Positions 44,367 through 53,760 of a stretch of DNA of 64,000 bases are shown here, in pieces. A program made the position numbers and the translations under genes. Each line of letters starts with the position of its first letter. The first letter of the stretch is position 1. Under the pieces are notes generated by a model. It saw only the letters and a list, made by a program, of their open reading frames with translations. It did no database searches and was not told the DNA's origin. The stretch is taken from the NCBI GenBank assembly GCA_963711655.1, contig CAVQEW010000015.1, positions 241,050 through 305,049 on the forward strand, written 5' to 3'. Source of the stretch: an uncultured Actinomycetota bacterium. Its GTDB lineage: Bacteria > Actinomycetota > UBA4738 > HRBIN12.

Positions 44367-46069
44367 GACGCCCGCCCGCCGGTCGCCTTCTCGCACTGCT
44401 CGGCGTCATGGCGCTGGCGTTGACCGGGGTCGGTGCGAGGCTCGTGGTGCTCCAGGTCGGCGACCATCGATCCTTCGCGGCCCAGGGGCTGGACCAGCGC
44501 ACCCACCCCGTCGATCTCCCGGCGGAGCGAGGAGCGATCGTGGACCGGACCGGCGTGCCGCTCGCGATCACGCTCGAGGCACGGGACGTCTACGCCGACC
44601 CGCGCTACGTGACGGATCCGATCGGCGAGGCGGAGAAGATCGCCCGCGTCCTGGACCTGCGTCCGCGCAAGGTCGAGCGGTTGCTCCGGACCCCCGACGC
44701 CACGTTCGTCTACCTCGGCCGCCAGATCGACGCGAAGGTCGCCGATCGCCTCGAGGGACTGGGCCTGCCCGGCATCGGCTTCCTCGACGTGCCCAAGCGG
44801 TACTACCCGGCGGGCCCCCTCGCGCCGCAGGTGCTCGGCTTCGTGGGCGTCGACGCCACCGGCCTCGCCGGACTGGAGTTCGAGTACGAGGACATCCTCG
44901 CCGGAACGCCAGGTATGCGAACCGCGGAGCTGTCGGCCGACGGCCTCCCGATCGCGAACGGGGTCGAGGTCGTGGAGCCGGCGATGCCGGGCCGAACGCT
45001 CGTGACGACCCTCGATCGCGAGGTCCAGTGGCTCGCACAGGACGCGCTGCAGCGCGCGGTGAAAGAGAATCACGCGAAGGGGGGCACGATCGTCGTCATG
45101 GACGCTCGCACCGGCGAGGTCTACGCGATGGCGAGCTATCCCTGGTTCGATCCCAACGACTTCGAGGTCGCGGACCGGGAGGCCATCCGGAACCGCGCGG
45201 TCACGGACATGTTCGAGCCGGGGTCGGTGAACAAGGTGGTGACCGCTGCCGCGGCGCTGGAGACGGGAGCCGTGGGACTGCGCGAGGTCTTCCAGGTCCC
45301 GTGGTGGATGCAGGTCGGCGGCTACACGGTCAACGACTCCCACGCGCATCCGATCCAGGACATGACGCTCGGCGACATCGTGGCGCAATCGAGCAACATC
45401 GGATCGGCCATGGTGGCCGAGCGTGTGGGGAGCGCCGATCTCGCGGCGGTGCTCGCCCGGTTCGGCTACGGGACCCCCACGGGCGTCGGGTTCCCGGGCG
45501 AGGCCGGGGGAGTGGTGCCGGACCTCCTCGATTGGACGGACATCACCCGCGCGACCGTCTCCTACGGCCAGGGCATCTCGATGACGCCGCTCCAGATGGC
45601 GGCGGTGTACGCCACCGTGGCGAACGACGGGATGTGGGTGCAGCCACGCCTCGTGCGCGGGACGTCGGGTCCGGACGGGCGGCTCCAGGAGATCCCACTC
45701 GCGCAGTCGCGCCGGGTCCTGTCCGAGGACACGGCGACGATGCTCACCCGGATGCTCGCCTCGGTGGTCTCCACGGGCACGGGCGGTGCGGCCGAGATCC
45801 CCGGCTATCAGGTGGCCGGGAAGACGGGCACCGCCCGCAAGCTGGTGGACGGCCGGTACGTGCGGCGCTACATGGCGTCATTCGTGGGGTTCCTTCCCGC
45901 ATCGGATCCCCGCGTGGTGATCGCGGTCTCCATCGACGAGCCGAGCACGATCTACGGAGGCGTGGCCGCTGCCCCCGTGTTCTCGGAGATCGCGCGGCAC
46001 GTGATCCAACGCCTCGCGATCCCGGCCGCGCCTCCGGTGAGCCTGCCGCCGTTCGCGTCCGACCGCTGA
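44363..46069 (+). CDS. ftsI: penicillin-binding protein, FtsI-type peptidoglycan D,D-transpeptidase
   Basis: The start GTG 44363 overlaps the ftsL stop (GTGA), in the frame of ORF 43580..46069. It has a TM (LLALLGVMALALTGVGARLVVL), SxxK (EPGSVNKV), SSN (AQSSNIG) and KTGT (AGKTGTA). About 568 aa, intact. Confidence 0.9.
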   Translation: MRRPPAGRLLALLGVMALALTGVGARLVVLQVGDHRSFAAQGLDQRTHPVDLPAERGAIVDRTGVPLAITLEARDVYADPRYVTDPIGEAEKIARVLDLRPRKVERLLRTPDATFVYLGRQIDAKVADRLEGLGLPGIGFLDVPKRYYPAGPLAPQVLGFVGVDATGLAGLEFEYEDILAGTPGMRTAELSADGLPIANGVEVVEPAMPGRTLVTTLDREVQWLAQDALQRAVKENHAKGGTIVVMDARTGEVYAMASYPWFDPNDFEVADREAIRNRAVTDMFEPGSVNKVVTAAAALETGAVGLREVFQVPWWMQVGGYTVNDSHAHPIQDMTLGDIVAQSSNIGSAMVAERVGSADLAAVLARFGYGTPTGVGFPGEAGGVVPDLLDWTDITRATVSYGQGISMTPLQMAAVYATVANDGMWVQPRLVRGTSGPDGRLQEIPLAQSRRVLSEDTATMLTRMLASVVSTGTGGAAEIPGYQVAGKTGTARKLVDGRYVRRYMASFVGFLPASDPRVVIAVSIDEPSTIYGGVAAAPVFSEIARHVIQRLAIPAAPPVSLPPFASDR

Positions 46070-46140
46070 GCCTCCGAGGCCCCGCTCCTGCCGAACCCGT
46101 CCTTGCACGGTCTGGAGACCAGGCGCCGGTACGCTGGACC

Positions 46141-47606
46141 GTGGTGAGACCTCTTCCCCAGGTGCCGCTGTCCACGGTCGCCGACGCCGCGCGCGGCGCC
46201 GAGATCCGCGGCGACCACCACGTCGTGATCCGTGAGGTCGCCTTCGACTCGCGCGAGGTGGCGCCCGATGCCCTCTTCTTCTGTGTCCCCGGTGCGAACT
46301 CGGACGGACACGGGTTCGCGCGAGAAGCGGTCCGCGCAGGGGCGGCGGCACTCGTGGTCGAGCGGTGGCTCGACCTCGACGTCCCCCAGATCCGCATCCG
46401 CTCGGTCCGCGATGCGATGGGGCCGATGTCCTCGGTCGTGTTCGATGAGCCGTCCCGCTCGCTCACCGTGGTCGGGGTCACCGGAACGAACGGGAAGACC
46501 ACGGTGGTCCACCTCCTCGACGCGGTGTTCCGGACCGCGGGGCACCGGACCGGCGCGATCGGGACCGTGGGCGCGCATCTGGGTGGCGAACCCCTGGCGC
46601 TGGCGCGCACCACACCCGAGGCGCCCGATCTCCTCCGGCTGCTCGCCCGGATGCGCGACACGGGGATCACCACGGTGGCGATGGAGGTCTCGTCGCACGC
46701 GCTCGATCTCGGGCAGGGTCGGCGGCGTCCGGTTCGACGCCGGCGTCTTCACGAACCTGTCGCAGGATCACCTGGACCACCACGGAACGATGGAGCGGTA
46801 CTTCGAGGCGAAGGCGTCGCTCTTCACACAGGAGCGGATCGATCGAGCCGTCGTGAACGTGGACGATCCGTGGGGTCGCCGGCTCCTCGACGTCGACGTA
46901 CCGCTCACGACCTACGGGCAGGCTGCCGACGCCGACATCCGCGGGGAGGATGTCCGGACGACCCCGGCGGGAGTCTCCTTCCGGTGGGACGGACGAGAGG
47001 TGAGCGAGCTCGCTCCGAGGGGCCTTCAACGCGTCGAACTGCCTCGCGACGATCGCCGCCTCCAGGGCGGTCGGCGTCGACGTGGCCGATGTGGTCCGCG
47101 GCCTCGCGGGCGCCGAGCAGATCCCCGGCCGGATGGAACCGATCGACGCCGGGCAGGATTTCCTGGTGGTGGTGGATTACGCGCACACGCCGGATAGCAT
47201 CCGAACAGTGCTTGCCGCGGCACGCCCGTTGGCGACGGGCCGGGTGATCGTCGTCTTCGGTTGCGGTGGTGACCGTGACCGCGCGAAGCGGTCCCCGATG
47301 GGGGCCGCGGCAACGGAGGGAGCTGATCTCACGGTCATCACCACCGACAATCCACGCTCCGAGGACCCTTCGGCGATCATCGCCGAGGTCGAACGGGGCG
47401 CGATCGCCGGCGGCGGGCCCTACGTCATCGAGCCGGATCGGCGCGCCGCGATCCGGCTCGGCCTGCGAGAGGCGCGCTCCGGCGACGTCGTGATCGTGGC
47501 CGGCCGAGGTCACGAGTCGGAGCAGGAGCTGGCGGATGCATCCGTCGCCTTCGACGACCGCGTCGTGGTCCGCGAGGAACTCGACGCGATCGGCGGGGCG
47601 GCATGA
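46141..47606 (+). pseudogene. murE: UDP-N-acetylmuramoyl-tripeptide synthetase MurE; two +1 frameshifts as sequenced
   Basis: The protein is spread over three frames.
- ORF 45028..47247 tail: VAFDSREVAPDALFFCVPGANSDGHGF...VVGVTGTNGKTT...VAMEVSSHALDLG.
- ORF 46232..47197: RVGGVRFDAGVFTNLSQDHLDHHGTMERYFEAK...
- ORF 47082..47606: AFNASNCLATIAA (open extension), then ...PGRMEPI...VVVDYAHTPDS...FGCGGDRDRAKR...ITTDNPRSEDP.
The junctions are at about 46711-46713 (G run) and 47026-47034. The start GTG 46141 is tentative. Confidence 0.88.
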
Positions 47607-48977
47607 GGCCGCGTCAACTGTCCGACGTCGCTCGCGCGGTCGAGGGGAGCGCGGACGGGCGACGACGTCGAGGTCCGGTCCGTGTCGACGGACTCGCGAG
47701 CCGTCGACGCCGGTTCGTTGTTCATCGCCCTGGCGGGAGAGCGGACCGACGGTCACCGCCACGTCGAGCCGCGTTCACCAACGGTGCGGCGGCCGCGATG
47801 GTCGACCAGCGGGAAGGTGACGGCGCTCCCTGGTCGGGCCCCCTCGTGCGGGTCGACTCGACGGCGGAGGCCCTGATGCGGTTGGCCGCGGATGAACGCG
47901 CGACGACCGGCGCGACCGTCGTCGGGATCACCGGATCGAACGGGAAGACCTCCACGAAGGACCTCGCGGATGCGGTCGCCAGGACGCGCTTCCGGGTCCA
48001 CGCGAGTCCCGGGTCGTTCAACAACGAGGTCGGGCTGCCGCTCACCCTGCTGGGCGCGGCCGCCGACACGGAGGTCCTCATCGCCGAGATGGGCGCCCGG
48101 CGGCTCGGCGACGTCAAGCTCCTCTCGGGGATCGCCCGGCCGGACGTCGTCGTGGTGACCAACGTGGGTGTCGCGCACATGGAGGTCTTCGGATCGTGGG
48201 CCTCGATCGTCGAGGCATCCGCGGAGCCCGTCGACGCGCTCGGACCCGACGGCCTCGCGATCTTGAACGCGGACGACCCGATCGCGATCGGGTACGGCGA
48301 CCGATGCCCGGGAAGGGTCGCGACGTTCGGCACGCGCACCCGAGCCGATGTGCGCGCGCACGACGTCTCGCTCGATCCGCAGGGGCGGGCCTCCTTCCGG
48401 ATGACGGCGGACGGCGCGGAGGTGCCGGTGCGACTCGCGGTCCCGGGGGAGCACATGGTCTCCAACGCGCTCGCCGCGGCGGCGGTGGGTCGTGCCCTCG
48501 GAGTCACGATCGAGGACGCCGCGCTCGCCCTGTCGGAGGCCGGCGTGTCCCGCTGGCGGATGGAGTCCTTCACGACGGACGCGGGCGTGCGGGTGCTGAA
48601 CGACGCCTACAACGCCAACCCGGAGTCCACCGCCGCCGCCCTGCGAACGGCGCGGTGGATGGCGGGACGCGATCGCCTGATCGCGGTCCTCGGCGAGATG
48701 GCGGAGCTCGGACCGATCTCGGCGGAGGAGCACGATCGGATCGGTGAGCTCGCGGCGCGCGTGCGGGTCGATCGGCTGATCACCGTGGGCGACGCCGCCC
48801 GGACGACCGCGCGGGCGGCGCTCCGCGAGGGGATGGAGCCCGGGGGACGTGGCCAGCTACGACACGTCCGCCGAGGCCCTGGACGACGTCCGGCGATCCG
48901 CGCATCCGGGGGACCTCGTGCTGTGCAAGGGCTCGCGGGTCGCGGGCCTCGAGACCCTCGCCGAGGCCCTCCGATGA
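47603..48977 (+). pseudogene. murF: UDP-N-acetylmuramoyl-tripeptide--D-alanyl-D-alanine ligase MurF; three frame changes as sequenced
   Basis: ATG 47603 overlaps the murE stop (ATGA). The pieces are as follows.
- Frame 0: MRPRQLSDVARAVEG.
- Frame +1 (ORF 47682..47876): DDVEVRSVSTDSRAVDAGSLFIALAGERTDGHRHVE.
- Frame 0: AFTNGAAAAMV...VVGITGSNGKTSTKD...NNEVGLP...LNDAYNANPES...
- Frame +1: DVASYDTSAEALDDVRRSAHPGDLVLCKGSRVAGLETLAEALR*.
The junctions are at about 47648-47660, 47767-47771 and 48842-48846 (G run). Confidence 0.88.
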
Positions 48978-50057
48978 TCCCGATCCTCGTGGCAGGTGCG
49001 GTGGGCCTCGCGATCACGTTGCTCGGCACGCCCGTCGCGATCCGCGTCTTCCGGGTCTGGGGATGGGGTCAGCGGATCCGCGAGGACGGCCCGCACACCC
49101 ACCTCGAGAAGGTCGGCACGCCGACGATGGGCGGGATCGTGATGCTCGTCGCGCTGGTCGTCGCCTACCTCGCGACGCGTCCCACGATCGCCGCCGGGAT
49201 CACGTTCAGCCCCGCGGGGCTGTCGCTCATCCTCGCCGCGGTGGGATTCGGGTTGGTGGGGTTCATCGACGACTTCCTGAAGGTGCGGAGGCAGCGCTCC
49301 CTCGGCTTGTCGAAGGCGCAGAAGTTCATCGGGACGGCCCTCGTGTCGGTGCTGTTCGCGCTCGTCGTCGTGGCCTTCTCCGGGGACACCGGGACGTCGA
49401 CGAGCCTCTCCTTCGTCCGGCCGACGGCGCTGGATCTCGGCGTCTTCTTCTTCGTGTGGGTGTTCGTGGTGCTGACCTCCTCCTCGAACGCCGTGAACCT
49501 CACCGACGGACTCGACGGACTCGCGGCGGGGTCCTCGATCCTCGTGCTCGCGGGATACGTGTTCATCGCCTTCTGGCAGTTCCGGCACACCTGCAACTCG
49601 GAGCTTCCGGTCGAGGCCTTGAAGGCCTGCTACAAGGGCGTCGACGTCCTCGCGATGCAAGACACGGCGATCATCGCGGCGGCGATGATGGGCGCCGCGA
49701 TGGGCTTCCTGTGGTGGAACGCAGCGCCCGCGCGCATCTTCATGGGCGACACCGGCGCTCTGGCGCTGGGAGGGCTGTTCGGCGCGATGGCGATCACGAC
49801 GAACACCCAGATGCTGCTTGATCATCCTCGGCGGCCTGTACGTGATCGAGACGATGTCCGTGATCATCCAGGTGATCTCGTTCCGCGGCTTCGGCCGGCG
49901 GGTGTTCCGGATGTCGCCGATCCATCACCACTTCGAGCTCGCCGGCTGGCCGGAGTTCACCGTGATCGTGCGCTTCTGGATCATCGCCGGGCTGTGCGTG
50001 GCCGTGGGGCTCGGCGTGTTCTACGCGGACTTCATCGCCCGAGGGGGTCTGGATTGA
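48974..50057 (+). pseudogene. mraY: phospho-N-acetylmuramoyl-pentapeptide transferase MraY; one +1 frameshift as sequenced
   Basis: ATG 48974 overlaps the murF stop (ATGA). Frame 0 reads MIPILVAGAVGLAITLLGTP...KVGTPTMGG...GFIDDFLKV...NAVNLTDGLDGLA...[12 protein letters not shown]...TNTQMLL. The C-terminus ([22 protein letters not shown]...[13 protein letters not shown]...) lies in ORF 49818..50057. The junction is at about 49818-49820. Confidence 0.9.
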
Positions 50058-51403
50058 CGGGGCGGTTCGCGGACGAGCGTGTCGTCGTGGTCGGGGCGGG
50101 AGTCGCGGGGGCGGGCGCCGCTCGCGTCCTGGTGGCGGAGGGAGCACGCGTGCTCGTCTCGGAGGCGAAACCGGCATCCGAGGTGGTGCCGATCGCCGAG
50201 CTCGAGGCAGCGGGCGTCGAGGTCAGGACCGGCGGGCACGATCCGAGCCATCTCGAGCACGCGACCTTGATGGTCGTCGGGCCGGGGGTCCCTCCCGACG
50301 CGGAGGTCGTGCGATGGGCGCGCGAGCGAGGGCTCCGCGTGTGGGGTGAGATGGAGCTCGGCGCGCGCCTCGCCCGGGCCCCCTACGTCGGGGTGACCGG
50401 GACGAACGGCAAGACGACGGTCACCTCGATGGTGGAGGCCTGCCTGCGAGCCGCCGGCCGGGACGCGCTCGCGTGCGGCAACATCGGCCTGCTCCTTCCC
50501 GGAAGCGGTCCTCGAGGACCACGACGTCTTCGTCGTGGAGGTCTCGAGCTTCCAGCTGGCGCTGCAGGAGTCGTTCCACCCGTCGATCTCGGTCCTCCTG
50601 AACGTCGCGCCCGATCATCTCGACTGGCACGGAGGCTACGAGGCTTACGTCGAGGCCAAACGCCGTATCCACGAGCACCAGACCGGCGCCGACGTGCACA
50701 TCGGCAATCGCGACGACCCGGTCTCGGCGGAGATCTCGGCGGCGGCGCGCTGCGAGATCCGATGGTTCCGGCGGGCGTCTCCGCAGGAAGGGGAGGTGGG
50801 GTTCGAGGGCGAGGAGCTGGTCGCTCGCGTGGAGGGCTCCATCGGCTCGGGCGGATCGAGGCGCGATCGGGCGGATACCGGGAGGATGCGGCCGCGGCGG
50901 CGGCCGTCGCCCTGGCCTCCGGCGCGGATCCCGCCTCCGTGGCGACCGCCCTCGACTCCTTCCATCCCGGTCCCCACCGGGGAGAGGTGGTGGCGACGGT
51001 CGACGGCGTCCGCTTCGTCGACAACTCCAAGGCCACGAACGTCCACGCGGCCGCGGCCGCGATCGACGCCGCGGGAAGCGTCGTCCTGATCGCGGGCGGA
51101 CGCGCCAAGGGCGCCGACCTCGCTCCGCTCCGGGATCACGCGGCACGCGTCCGCGCCGTGGTCGCGATCGGCGAGTCGGCGCGCGAGGTCGTGGAGGCCT
51201 TCGACGGTGTCGCACCCGTCGTCACCGCGGACTCGATCGAGGACGCCGTGCGTGACGCGTTCGGGGCGGCCGACGCCGGCGACACCGTCTTGCTCGCTCC
51301 CGCGTGCGCGAGCTGGGACCAGTTCCGCGACTACGCCGAGCGCGGCGATCGGTTCGCCGCCGCGGCGAGGTCCTTGCGAGCCGAGGCGGGCGCCCGTGGC
51401 TGA
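50054..51403 (+). pseudogene. murD: UDP-N-acetylmuramoylalanine--D-glutamate ligase MurD; two frame changes as sequenced
   Basis: TTG 50054 overlaps the mraY stop (TTGA). Frame 0 reads RVVVVGAGVAGAGAAR...VGVTGTNGKTTVTSM...ACGNIG. ORF 50535..51089 (+1) reads FPEAVLEDHDVFVVEVSSFQL...LLNVAPDHLDWHG...VEGSIG. Frame 0 then resumes with RIEARSGGYREDAAAAAAVA...HRGEVVATVDGVRFVDNSKATN...SWDQFRDYAERG. The junctions are at about 50487-50497 and 50849-50851. Confidence 0.88.
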
Positions 51404-52659
51404 TCGCACGATCGCCCGCCGCGGCATCAGGACCACGCCCACGGGCGAGTCCCATCTGCGACTCGTGCGGGCCGAGGAGCTGTTGCCTCCGCAGGCCTCC
51501 GCGGCCTCCGTGGCCCGCCGGAACCTGACGCTCCTGCTCGTGCCGACCGGCGCTCCTCACGGTCGTGGGTCTCGTGATGATCCTCTCGGCGGGGTCCATC
51601 TCCGCGGTCGAGGGGTACGGGACGAGCTTCTGGTACTTCAACCGGCAGACCCTCTACGCCGTCGTCGGCGTGATCGGCCTCGTCGTCACGGCGCGGCTCC
51701 CGTACCGGTTCTGGCGCAGAGCGGCGATCCCGATGCTCCTGGGATTCCTCCCCGTGATGCTCCTCACGCTGCACCCCGCGATCGGATCGTCGCTCTACGG
51801 CGCCTCACGGTGGATCGATCTCGGGCCGATCACCCTCCAGCCCGCGGAGTTCGCGAAGCTCCTGACGATCTGCTCCGCCGCCGCGATCCTGTCGCGACCG
51901 TGGAAGGACCTCGCCCGGCCTCGGGATGCGTTCCTCCCGCTCGGCCCGCTGGTGCTCGTGGTCGCGGGCCTGGTCCTTCTGCAGCGCGACCTCGGGACGA
52001 TGCTGATCATCTGCGGCAGCGTGTTCCTGTTGCTGTTCGCCTCGGGAGTGAAGCTCCGGTACCTCGCCTGGACCGCCATGGGAGCCCTCGGGGCCACCGC
52101 GTACTTCATCTTCGGCACCGCGTACCGGCGGACAAGGTTCCTCGACGCCTGGCTCCATTGGGAGCTCGATCCGAGCGGCGCGGGCTGGCAGCTGCGACAG
52201 GGATTGATCGCGATCGGGTCGGGGGGGTGGTTCGGCGTCGGGCTCGGGAACAGCCGCCAGAAGTGGGACTACCTCCCCAACGCGCACAGCGACTTCGTCT
52301 TCGCGGTCCTCGGGGAAGAGCTCGGGTTGCTCGGGGCCCTCGCGGTGCTCTCGCTGTTCGGCGTGCTGTTCTTCGCGGGCATCCGCATCGCCATGAACGC
52401 GCCGGATCCCTTCGGACGGCTCCTGGTGACGGGGATCACGGGTTGGCTCGGGCTGCAGACGTTGATGAACCTGGGGGCCGTGACCGGATTGCTCCCGATC
52501 ACCGGCGTCCCGCTGCCGTTCCTCTCGTTCGGCGGGACGGCGCTCGTCGTGACGCTCGCGGGGGTGGGCGTGATGGCGAGCGTCGCACTCGACGGTGTCC
52601 GATCCACGGAGAGGAGGCGTGCGCGGGCTCGCTCGACGGGCGGGAGGGGTCGACCGTGA
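51396..52659 (+). pseudogene. ftsW: FtsW (SEDS family); one +1 frameshift near the 5' end as sequenced
   Basis: GTG 51396 overlaps the murD 3' end, and the N-terminal tail VADRTIARRG...ARRNLTLLLVPT lies in the frame of ORF 51207. The body lies in ORF 51565..52659 (ALLTVVGLVMILSAGS...RWIDLGPITLQPAEFAKL...LQRDLGT...GGWFGVGLGNSRQKWDYLPNAHSDFVFAVLGEELG...LPITGVPLPFLSFGG). The junction is at about 51549-51551. Confidence 0.88.
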
Positions 52660-53760
52660 GGATCGTCATCGCCGGAGGCGGGACGGCCGGCCACATCTCT
52701 CCGTCGATCGCCGTGGCCCATCGGTTGCGGGAGGGCGGCGCGTCGGTGGAGTTCATCGGCTCGCGGTCGGGCCCCGAGGCATCGCTCGTGACGGCCGCCG
52801 GGTTCCGCTTCCACGCGGTGCGCGCGCTTCCGTTCCGCCGCGAGCTCTCGCTCCGATCCGCCGCGGCACCCTTCGTCGCACTGCGCGCCGTCGCGACGGC
52901 GAGGCCCATCGTGCGAGGAGCATCCGCGGTGCTCGGCATGGGTGGGTATGCGAGCATCGCCGCCGTGCTCGCCGCGCGATCGGCGAAGGTCCCCACGGTC
53001 TTGCACGAGCAGAACGCCGTGCCGGGCCTGGCCAATCGCCTGTTGGCGAGGCTCGCCACGGCGATGGCGATCACGTTCGAGAGCTCGCGCGCTCGACTTC
53101 CGCGATCCCTCCGCACCGAGATCACGGGGCTGCCGCTCCGGCGGGAGGTCATGGAGGCCGTCACGGATCGCGCCGCGATCGCCGCGGAGGGGGGGCAGGC
53201 GCTCGAGCTCCGAGCCGGACGCACGACGGTGCTCGTGACGGGCGGAAGCCAGGGCGCGCTGCACCTCGACCGAACGATCGCGAGCGCGATCCCGCTGCTC
53301 GCCGGACGCGCCGACCTCCAGCTGCTCGTCCTCACGGGGGCCGCGAACGCGTCGGTCCTCGCGGAGGGGGGCTGCGTCGAGACGGATCTCGTCGTGCGTT
53401 CCCTTCCCTTCCTCGATCGGATGGAGCTCGCGCTGGCCGTGGCCGACGTGGCGGTGGCCCGCGCCGGCGCCAACACGATCCACGAGCTCGCGGCGTGCGC
53501 GATCCCCTCGATCCTCGTCCCGTACCCGCACGCGACGGATGACCATCAACTGGCGAACGCGAAGGAGCTGGAGCTCGCCGGTGCCGCCGAGATCTTCCTC
53601 GACCGGGAGCTGACCCCCGACGGCCTCGCGCACCGGATCGAGACGCTGGTGGACGACACCGACCGTCGCACGGCGATGGGCGCGGCCGCGGCCGCGTGGG
53701 CCAGGCCGGACGCCGACGAGCGGGTGGCCGCCCTGGTGCGATCGGTGGCGCGCCCGATGA
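52656..53760 (+). CDS. murG: MurG (undecaprenyldiphospho-muramoylpentapeptide beta-N-acetylglucosaminyltransferase); as sequenced it has no stop and runs in frame into murC
   Basis: GTG 52656 overlaps the ftsW stop (GTGA). It reads VRIVIAGGGTAGHISPSIAVA...GMGGYAS...LHEQNAVPGLANR...VTGGSQGA...ARAGANTIHELAA...PYPHATDDHQLANA...AAWARPDADERVAALVRSVARP. A TGA in frame +1 (53758..53760) overlaps the murC ATG. Removing one C from the CCC run at 53753-53755 would give ...VARR* and a classic ATGA junction. Confidence 0.85.

Noticed and set aside
47603-51403. The 1266-aa ORF, which would be a single giant MurF-MraY-MurD polyprotein.
   Set aside because: Conserved motifs of the three enzymes alternate with Arg/Pro-rich nonsense text. 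The missing motifs are found in the adjacent frames (ORFs 47682..47876, 49818..50057, 50535..51089). Native stop/start overlaps (ATGA 48974, TTGA 50054) reappear once single-base indels are allowed. The ORF is a read-through chimera, not a fusion protein.
51207-52655. The N-terminal ~480 codons of the 1344-aa ORF 51207..55241 as coding sequence.
   Set aside because: Only the short in-frame stretch VADRTIARRG...LLLVPT is real; it is the ftsW N-terminal tail. The remainder is the murD 3' end and the ftsW body (ORF 51565..52659) read out of frame.
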